Shown one piece after another: positions 54,115-64,000 of a stretch of DNA of 64,000 bases. The position numbers were made by a program, and so were the translations under genes. Each line of letters starts with the position of its first letter. The stretch's first letter is position 1. The DNA lies in NCBI GenBank assembly GCA_951406725.2, contig OX597818.1:91512001-91576000 (forward strand), written 5' to 3'. The notes beneath the pieces were generated by a model. It was not told where the DNA came from. It made no database searches and worked only from the letters and a program-made list of their open reading frames with translations. Source of the DNA: Octopus vulgaris (taxonomy: Eukaryota).

Positions 54115-55641
54115 TCTCTAATTATAAATGGCAAGTTTGTGTGTTTGTGAATTTGTTACTGTGGCTCCTCTGAGACTATCCAACAGAGCTTGATGAAACT
54201 TGACGCGTTTGAGAGGATTATGCCCATGCGGTCACTTAGGCACTTGGAATTTTAAAAAATCGATTTTTAATCACCATCAATTTTTCAAAAGTCGTAAAAT
54301 TTCAGCGTTTTCCGCACAAGCCATCGTGACATCAATTTGACGAAAAATGTCGTAATTTGACGAAAAATGCCGAAATTAGAAGAAAAATATTTCATGGGTA
54401 TAAACAGACAGCTTATCAACAGTAAACGAATCTTTTCCTTTTGAACGGCAGACAATTTCTAGTTAACTAAACACTTTAAAACTTCGTATACTGGTAGAAT
54501 GTGTCAAAATAAAACGTTTTTTTTCTCTTGGCTTTCTTGAGAAAATTGTAATTTGTTTGTTTAACGTAGTTTAATTTTTCGAATTTTAACCAATCCTATG
54601 CCCTCTTTTGAGCTAAAATCATTTGCTGCGTCTAAAACTGAGACAACATCCTGTCACTACCCCTCAACCTAACCCTAACCCTAATTTTTTTTCTTAATTG
54701 TTAAATTAATTTAATTGCTACACGTGTAAAAAACCGAAAGCAATGGAAAATGATTTAAATAATTAACAAACAAAATAATTTTATAACTTTATACACACGC
54801 TTTCCGTAACACACGCTTTTCGTATACGTACGGAAAGCGTGGGTATAAAATTATAGAATTATTTTGTTTGTTAATTGTTTAAATCATTTTCCATTGCTTT
54901 TGGATTTTTTTACATGCGTAACAATTAAATTAATTTAACAATTAAGAAAAAAAAAAATTAGGGTTAGGGTTAGGGTTAGGGGGAGGTTTATGGTTAGTTA
55001 CAGGATGATGTCTCAGTTTTAGACGCAGCAAATGATTTTAGTTGAATGGAGGTAATCGATTGGTTAAAATTGCCGAAATGCTCGGAATTTCAGACGAAAT
55101 ATCTTACAAACTATAGAATTTTCTCAATAAAACCAAGAGAAAATGATGTTTTATAAACACATTCTACCGGTATACGAAGTTTAAAAGTGTTTAGTTAACT
55201 AGAAATTGTGTTGACATCTGCCGTTCAAAAGGAAAAGATCCCGGTAAACTATTTAGCATTTGCGAATTTTTCATTTCAATGGGAATTGCTTTCATTTGCT
55301 AAAACATAGGTTTTCAATTCGTTGTTTTAATTCCCCAGCGTTTCAGGTTTTGAATAGGTAAGATCATTTTATTTCTTAAGCAAAATTTAGGTATTTTGTA
55401 CACTAACCATCGGGACATCAATTTGACGAAATCTGCCCCATGGCGTAAAATTTTGCCATTTTACGTTCATGCATAAAAATGACGACGACACGGGTTCGCT
55501 TCTAGACACTGCTCATTTTTTTTTTTCGTCAGATTGCTCCTAACCATAAATATAGATTTAAAATTTTTGAAAAATGCCGAAATTTGACGAAAATTGTTTC
55601 ATGACTATAAACAGACATCTTTTACCAGGTACCTCAGTTAG
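54115..55641 (+). mobile_element. Non-autonomous Helitron-like element hosting a nested MITE
   Basis: 5' tctctaattataaatggcaagtttgtgtg...tgatgaaacttgac resembles 62004-62110. The 3' end accaggtacctcagttag|t is a degenerate CTAG end. Internal duplication ccatcg(t/g)gacatcaatttgacgaaa. Confidence 0.55.
54428..55241. mobile_element. Fully palindromic DNA transposon, 8-bp TSD, telomeric repeats in both arms
   Basis: Termini gaatcttttcc.../...ggaaaagatcc; flanks cagtaaac/cggtaaac; (CCCTAA)n at 54668-54684 and (TTAGGG)4 at 54958-54981; axis near 54825. TIR homologous to 50669-51509. Confidence 0.9.
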
Positions 55642-55962
55642 TTACATAATATATGTAACTCCTATCACGCGTGTTGAGTGCCACTTTTACTCATTTGTCC
55701 ATCCACACACACACATACACACACACGCACGCGCACACAGATATGCACGTACACACACACACACTCACTTTTTGTCTCTCTATCTCTCGCACACTCATAC
55801 GAACACACGCTTTTATAAGCGTATGTGTAAACAATATGAGTTCGCGAATTAAGAATTAAATTCTTAACGTAATGTACATTTATCAGTTTCTTTGGGAGTT
55901 CAAATCCTATTGCCATCAGTTCTTCTACCTACTACCCAAAATTATTATTAATTTGTTCGTAA

Positions 55963-56460
55963 GGCGGCGAGCTGGCAGAAACGTTAGCAAGCCGGGCGAA
56001 ATGCGTAGCCGTATTTCGTCTGCTGTTACGTTTTGAGTTCAAATTCCGCCGAGGTCGACTTTGCTTTTCATCCTTTCGTGGTCGATTAAATAAGTACCAG
56101 TTACGCACTGGGGTCGATATAACCGACTTATCCGTTTGTCTGTCCTTGTTTGTCCTCCCTGTGTTTAGCCCCTTATGGGTAGTAAAGAAATAGGTATTTC
56201 GTCTGCCGCTACGTTCTGAGTTCAAATTCCACCGAGGTCAACTTTGCCTTTCATCCTTTGGGGGTCGATAAATTAAGCACCAGTTACGCCCTGGGGTCGA
56301 TGTTATCATCTTAATCCGTTTGTCTGTCCTTGTTTGTCATCTCTGTGTTTAGCCCCTTGTGGGTAGTAAAGAAATAGGTAATTCGTCTCCCGCTACGTTC
56401 TGTGTTCAAATTCCGCCGAGGTCGTCTTTATCTTTCGTCCTTTTTCTCCCAAAATTGCTG
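55963..56460 (+). mobile_element. Nin/Deu-domain SINE with internal tandem duplication of about 183 bp (about 2.4 units)
   Basis: The unit gtatttcgtctg...gttcaaattcc...cctttcatccttt..gggtcgat...gtaaagaaatag starts at about 56011, 56194 and 56377. Confidence 0.9.
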
Positions 56461-58454
56461 GACTAATGTCAAAATCTTAAACTGGTATTTGAGATATGCC
56501 GCTTTATTATTGCGTTTTGTGATTTTAATTTTCATTTGAGAAACCTAATGTTCTTTATTAACGCAGACCCAATATTCGACAGATGGATGTAGAGTACATT
56601 CATCACCTGGACATGTGAACATACAACTTACAAGGACCTCCGTAATATTCCCGCCAACGATTCACCCTATGAAGTGGCGAGCCAGAAGCATCAGAGTATA
56701 GCATGAGATCTTTGTAGTACGTAATAAGAACTCTTTATGTCTAAATTTAAATAATGAATGATGTACAGCTGAGGAGAACCCGGCACACAGAACCCGAAAT
56801 GGTATGTGTTATAAGACCTCTGCAGAACATTGCTGCCTGGTAAATGAAAACTCGAACTTAGTGATGCATAGAATAAAAGCGTAATTGTTCTGTTGATATA
56901 TAGCCATTAAGCGATCTCAGAAAGACAAGGTACTCTCGAAAGATCAATAGTTTCGAGTTTGACATGCTCCTGTTCAAATGAGTGCCACTGGTTAAATCTT
57001 TGTCGTATTCTATCGCAATATGGGCATATTGTTGTTGTTATTTTTATTATTATAATTGCCTTTGCACAGTTTCTAACGTTGATGCAATGTTCTCAGTTAC
57101 TGGAAAAGTGATGAATTTTCTTTGATGATGCCTACGTTTGCCCCACAGTTTGGAGCGGGAATTTCGTAGTGTTGTCATACATTTGTTGTATATGTCTGAA
57201 TCAATGATAATGTTTTTAAACCAATTGAATAAATGTAATTGTTTTATAATGTTTAAGCGACCGAGAGTTGGTCTAGACAGCTTAATTGCACGCTGTTGTA
57301 GATTAGTGCTTTCAGCTGGACAAAGGCCAGTGTCATCTTGACCTTTCGGTGTACAGAAACAATAGCCAGTACGAAAGAAGGGAAGATAACACCCGTAACG
57401 ATTTTCTTAAATCAACTGCAATGTTGGATATTTTGTACTTTAGGAACATGTGAATAATCCCCTTTATATATAAAGCTACAGTATATTGCTATTGGCAATA
57501 TCAGAGAATTGTTCCAGGAAGAAATTTAATGGAAATCTACTGGAATGCAAGATGATTGAATATAGGTGCGTTTACTAATATGAAGCACATATGTCATGGC
57601 GTATGTTTACGTTCCTTTATATTCTGAGTCCAGATTTACACTCGACTACTCTCTCTTTCATCCTTCCCAAACAACTTGTGTACTTGTCAATACAATAATT
57701 TTTGAGATCATATAATTCGACTATAATCTAGAAGATGGTTCGGCATCAATGCCACCGATGTATCTAAAGCTGAGAAAAATTAAAAAATTTGAAGTAAGAA
57801 TGGAAGATACACTTAACTTTATCGTACTTAGAGTATGTATGAACTCAACAAATTCTTCCTTTGGCTGAGCTATCATTTAGTTGTAGTACATCATTAATAT
57901 GGTCGAAGAGGTTCCATTCGTTAAATTCCAGACATTTTCAAGACGTGGGTCAAAAGTCTTAAGGTTAAAATTAACACCACTACAGCTACTAACATGAAAA
58001 CAGGCAAAATGGATAAGAGCAAAATAACGCTATAAACAGTCGCAGGAGATTTAAGTTGACGATACAATTCTGTGTACAACTCTACTAGCCATAGAATAAA
58101 GTGCTAAGGCTGACCGGGCTATTTTGTGTAAGGTACACATAATATAAATATATTGTTTTCGTTGAGGCCGTGACAGACAAATACATCGAATAGAAATAAT
58201 AGAGTCGTACACGATTTAGATAAATATATACTTACATATAAGAGTCCAAGGAATCTAATGCCCTTCGCTTAGTTTTTTCTTGGGGCTGGCCTGATTAAAG
58301 CAATCTGGAGTGTAACCAGTCCAAATTGCAAGAATAATGACCTGTCCTTGTTTTCTTTGTATCATCTGTCTGGATGTTTTGCGGTCTTGTCCCATTTTGT
58401 ATTTTATATATATGATACACACACACACACGCACATATATATACATATATGCAT

Positions 58455-58622
<168 letters not shown>

Positions 58623-58823
58623 TCTCAAGAAATTTCAACAAACGCCAGAATGTAACCGAGCAAGACAAATGAAAAGATACATAATTTGGCAATAAACTCC
58701 ATACCTTAGGTTTGGCTATTAACGGTCACTAATGTGATTGTCTACTGTAAGCTAGGCCACTGGTTTAAATTGATATTTATTAATAATATTCATTTCTACT
58801 CTCATTATTTAACTTTGATATAT

Positions 58824-60090
58824 CAGCAAGAAAGTAATTTCATTTTTTCCAAATAGATCGTTACGTTCTTTTTTATGACTTTATCAATGTTATGATGTTT
58901 TTACTTTTGACATTTGATAGCTGTCACTTTTAACTAACTTTAGAAGCAAATTGCGAGTAATTTTAGTTATAGTTGCTAGTTTAGTGTTAATTTTAACATG
59001 GAGTGCAAAAACAAACATTTTCGGTATATTTTGCTTTCTTATTTCCCTAAAGGCAAGAATGCTGCTGAGGCTCATAAAGACATATGTGAGGCTTATGGGG
59101 TTGATTGCTTAACAGAATGCACGTGTCAGAAATAGTTTTCAAATTTTTGTTCTGGAGATTTTTTACTAAAAGATAACCAAATTTCTGGTCGACCTACTGA
59201 TATTGATGATGACCGAACCAAATACATAAATGAATGTGATTGTCAGATAACTGTGCAAAATATTGCAGTGAGGTTAAATATATCACACACAACTGAAAAT
59301 CACTTAGAATGTCTTGGAGTCGTTCAAGAAGCTCCATATTTGGGTTCCACATAAACTGAAAGAGATCCAACTAACACCACGAATCAATATTTGCGGCATG
59401 CATCTCAAGCGCAATAAAACCAAGACGTTTTTTTAAAAACGAGTCATCAGTGGAGATGAAAATGGATTGTCTACAATAACATCAATCGAAGACGATCATG
59501 GTCTAAGCGTAATGAAACAGCACAAAAAATATCAAAAGCTGAATTTTATCAGAAAAACTACATGCTGTCAATCTGGTGGGATTGCATTTCGAGCTGCTTC
59601 CAAGGAACCAAATCATCAATTCAGATGTTTACTGTCAACAACTAATGAAACTGGAGGAAGCATTCTAAGAAAAACGGTCATAATTGGCAAATCGTAAAGG
59701 AATCGTGCTCCACCATGACAACGTTAGACAACACAGGTTTTTGCTAACTCCTGAAAAATTATTGGAGCTTGGATGGGAAGTGATGTCATATCCACCATAT
59801 AGCCCTGATCTTGCACAATCGGATTACCATTTATTTCAATGCTTGCAAAATTGTTTGAATGCTAACACTTTCGATAAAAACGATGACCTGAAATTGCACT
59901 TACTTTATGCTTTGGCAGATAGAGACCAGAAATTCTATGGGCGCAGAATCATAAATTTGCCAGAAAGATGTCAAATGGTCATATAACAAAATGGAAAATG
60001 TATATAATTAATTAAAGTTTATTCTTTGTATGAAAGAAAATGGCTTTTATATCAGACTAAGGAAACTGAAATTACTTCCTTGCCAACCCA

Positions 60091-60091
<1 letters not shown>
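58824..60091 (+). mobile_element. Mariner (DD34D) transposon, near full length, pseudogenised
   Basis: MECKNKHFRYILL...GKNAAEA...SGRP...WVPHKL...SGDEKW...HHDNVRQH...YPPYSPDLAQSDYHLF, with stops and frameshifts. TIRs gcaagaaagtaatttca / tgaaattacttccttgccaacccag|ta. Confidence 0.92.
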
Positions 60092-60135
<44 letters not shown>

Positions 60136-60654
60136 CAGATAGATAGATAGATGTGTATGTGTGCGTGTTCCGATGTGTGTGTGTATGCATGCGCGCTCAA
60201 GTTGGTATGTCTATTATTAACTATTATTAACTATTATTAATCCTTTACCTTCTCTATTGCAAATTGTTGCGCGATAGTGACTTTCTCCCTCTATAAGAAA
60301 GTATGTGGCGATTTCTTTTAACATCAGTTTCTCAGACGAATCAGATATCTATTACTTGGTCTTCCATCGACCATTAATACATACATAGAGAATACTGCTA
60401 CAGACGCTGTCGTCAGACTGTCGGCATGTCCGTTTATAGATAGTTATTTTTATGCACAAAAAAATAAAATATATCGTGTAAGATGTTCAGATCTGTTCAG
60501 GAAAATCTCCGTGATTATATGTGATGAAATCATATATATAGCGTGAAAACTGAAACTGACAACACACGTGACATATTCCAATTTATGTGCCCAACCTGGT
60601 GAAATGAATGTCTGACAATCTGGTGAAATACTCTCCAATCATATATTCTGGAGT

Positions 60655-60955
60655 GGAGGTGCAATGGCCCAGTGGTTAGGGCAGCGGTCTCGCGGTTCGA
60701 GTATCGCAGTTTCGATTCTCAGACTTGGTGTTGTGTGTGTTTATTGAGCGAAAACACCTAAAGCTCCACGACGCTCCGGCAGGGGGCGCTGGCGACCCCT
60801 CTTGTACTCTTTTGCCCCAACTTTCTGTCACCTTTTCTCTCTGGTTCTTGAGTAACGTTGGACTGGCGTTCCGTTCAGCTGGGGAGAACACATACGCCAC
60901 AGAAACCGGGAAACCGGGCCCACAAGCCTGGCCAGTCTTGAAAAGGGCGCATAAA
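60655..60955 (+). mobile_element. tRNA-derived SINE, head A with tail Y
   Basis: Head as at 46162; tail gaaaccgggaaaccgggc...aaaagggcgcat as at 25608-25690. Confidence 0.85.
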
Positions 60956-61214
60956 TAAAAAATATATATATATTCTGGAAGTCAGGAAACAAGGAAATGT
61001 ACCTGAAATTTGGCAAAGAACTTGGGCTGATTAAAAGAAAAATGGCCCGCCAAAAAACCCTGGAATCCCAGGATGTCAGCAGACATATGAAGACCAATGG
61101 CCATGAGTAGAAAAATTTGCAGTAAATTGCCGTTACTGATTGAAGCTTATTATCATATGCAAGTAAGAAAATGACACACGCGCACATACATACACACACA
61201 AACATACGAGCTCG

Positions 61215-61249
<35 letters not shown>

Positions 61250-62003
61250 CCATACGTACATGCTGAACACCTTATGTTAATGTTTGGTCACTGTTTATTG
61301 TCTGCTAATTGTCAGGCAACGCTTATGTTTTACACGCTTTCGACATAACCCGATTGAATGTTACTCCTTTGGTGTCGAAAGATAATAATATACGTCAGGC
61401 AGCAGAAAGAGGGATGTATGAGTTTGACATGCTTGTTTATTTGTGAGTGTAAACCATTTTATATGAGGTTCTTGTTCATCCTTAGTTGTCCTTCAGTGAG
61501 ATTTTAGCTATTGGGTTTTACGGTTAACCGTGATCAGACCGCTCTTGGTTTCCTAGTTTATGTTGGTTCTGTTGTGTGAATCTAAAACATAATGGCATCG
61601 CGTGCTTGTACTTCTTTCAAATTCTAACTGCGGTAAGGTTTATATTTTTTTAGGTATTTTATAATATATGGAACTTTTGCTGCATATATATAGCTGTGTG
61701 TGAGAGTGATTCTAATTGATTTAATTCTATATTATTCCTTACATTCAAGCATTCGTCTGCATCTATTTTGTCTTGTTTCCTTCATTCTCTATCTCTATGG
61801 GAGCCTGAGAAATGCAAAAAGAGAGAGACAGGAGAGTGATAAAACAAACAGAGAAGAGATAAATGTGGAAAAATTTAGAATATTCAATACATTAAACATT
61901 AAATGTGAATTGCGTTGAAGATTGCTAGCAAAAAGAATATGTGCAGATAATATAATTAGGTTAGGGAAATTATTATAAATTTATTAATCTATCTACTTAT
62001 TTA

Positions 62004-62387
62004 TCTCTCTCTATATAAACGGCAGTTTGTCTGTGCGTGTTTCTGTGTGTCTGTTTGCTTGTACCCTCACCCTGACCACGGCTTTCAACCGATTCTGATG
62101 AAACTTGACACACACATAGCCCAATGTCATAATTCAAAACTAACGCAGCGAAAATTTTGAAAAGTTCCCCCAGTTCTGAAAAAAATCGATAAATTCGACA
62201 TGGGGTCGAGAATCAGGAACACAAACCACAGACTGTCTAGGGGACGCAACTCCACCTTTTTTAACTATCAAAAAAAATTTACCATCATTTTTTTCCATTT
62301 TTTTGCTGTTTTTTGGCTATAACTCTCTAAAAATGCTTTATAGTTATTTCCCTTACAAACCTGAGCAACGCCGGGCGATACTGCTAG
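62004..62387 (+). mobile_element. Non-autonomous Helitron
   Basis: a|TC 5' end, a short (CTGT/GTGT)-rich tract, 3' hairpin cctgagcaacgccggg about 8 nt before CTAG|t, and no TSD. Confidence 0.8.
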
Positions 62388-64000
62388 TTTATTATATTTA
62401 CCAATTTATTTTTTATTATATGTAATTGGTAAACAGATATGAGCGTGTGAACTCGTAGCAAATTGTATTTGTTCGTAGATCATTTAATCATATTTCTTCA
62501 AAAATAGCACGCCTTAGAAAGGAAATGTTGGCTGTTTGTTCTTCTGTTACCCGATTCAAAATTTAATTTAAAACCAAAATGATTTCTACTGAGAAGTATT
62601 ATTTAAATGGAACCTTATGGATTGTCCTCAGTAGCATTTAACTCTTCAGTGATAATACTGCAACCGTACCACTTTATGTAATAAAACTGTGATAATACAC
62701 TTAATAGTAATTTTGTCTCAAATAAAACTGATACATCATAAATTCAGTTTATGTTGTAACAATGACAATTAACTTCCGAATAACAAGACGACAAACGTAG
62801 ATTTATGTCGAATGTGAAATATTTTTGACGGCAAAACTTTTCTCAAAAATACTCAGTTCGCAAATAAAATAATCGTTTCTGAAGTAGGCATAAAGCCAAC
62901 TCGATAATCTCGCAACTAGAACTTTATTTTATCGAACACAAGGTAATCCGGTAAAGCTAAAGTTGACCACAGCGCGTTTGAGTACAGACTCAGACATTCA
63001 AGAATCGAAACAAATGCCATAAACCATTCGTTCCAACGCCGTAACGATTCTACCACCCCACTACCTCATAGGAGTTAGGTATGAGGAAAGGAATAACTTA
63101 TCCATGGTGGCTAAATCTGGTAAAAAGTAGAAACCAAATTCCCTGAATAATGCGCTACTATCTTGAAACATAACTAACATATTGGATATGACCATTCAAG
63201 TTACATATATATATGAGTGGATTGGTCATAGGTTCGCTTTATCATTTCTTTCATGGCACCAAATAGCAAATCTATAATGTAACCAATAGTCACCGTTTAA
63301 AAACTAAAACAGTTGTTTAGTTATATAGTAGTAATGCATTCTGATCTTATATAATAATTGTTTAGTCCAGGATTGGGAGTTAACTCATTTCCATGAACTT
63401 TCCATGAGTTTTAATGGAAAGTTCATTTCCTTGAACTTTCCATGAGTTTATCACGATATAACTAGGCACCACATGATCATAAAATTCTTTGATCATAGAA
63501 TTGTAGACTAATTAGAGTAGAGAACATGCATTTCACTGACTTCCAAAGTTTGTTCAGCTATTCGCTTAATTAATTTGTTCAGCAAAATGTACGGTGTCCT
63601 ACAGAGTTCAAGTACGTGTAACTGCAGCGCCGAATGAAATTTGAAATATAAATCTCTGATATATGGATAGAAGCATTTCCTATTTTATCAGAGATTTGAT
63701 AAATTAAGTATCTATTCGAAGTTTCCAAGTGTATTTCTAGGATGCGTATATATGCACTAATATAAACGCATACACCCACAGACACACACACATACTCACG
63801 CACGCACATATAGGGATGGACCCTCCCGGGTAGTAGTAAGTACCATTCGTGTTGTATATTCGGTTCAAATACTTGATCCTAACACACGATACGTAAGAGC
63901 TTAGAATTTTGAGAAAATTATGAAAGAAGAAAAGTTACAAACTCCTACGTTTTAAATTAGATGCAGCTATGCCGCTAAAGTCTCTGTTATGAAGATCGCA

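Noticed and set aside
55963-56460. CRISPR-like regular repeats
   Set aside because: Eukaryotic SINE tandem duplication without unique spacers or cas genes.
56760-56815. CTGAGGA...GAAA hammerhead-like spacing
   Set aside because: Stems II and III do not pair convincingly.

Overview
AT-rich, microsatellite-saturated eukaryotic DNA that is very probably coleoid cephalopod (Octopus-like), judged from the gene and SINE families. One intact host gene can be assembled by hand on the minus strand: a six-exon, 215-aa S-crystallin (sigma-class GST-derived lens protein) spanning 19473-44784. All five introns are GT-AG, exon 4 is a 30-nt phase-0/0 loop exon, and a TATA box plus AP-1/ARE-like sites lie upstream. 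The rest is decayed mobile DNA: piggyBac, Tc1 (IR/DR), mariner and maT-like remnants, an R4/Dong-type RLE LINE, an RTE LINE fragment, a Penelope-like GIY-YIG remnant, non-autonomous Helitrons and many tRNA-derived SINEs. Two less ordinary signals stand out. (1) Several type I hammerhead-ribozyme motifs, in at least two families, sit in small elements ending at (TA)n tracts; one pair of copies shows compensatory stem changes. (2) Two related fold-back elements with GG termini and 8-bp target-site duplications carry telomeric TTAGGG repeats internally. Nearly all ORFs in the supplied track are microsatellite translations. Repeat boundaries are by eye and approximate unless stated otherwise.
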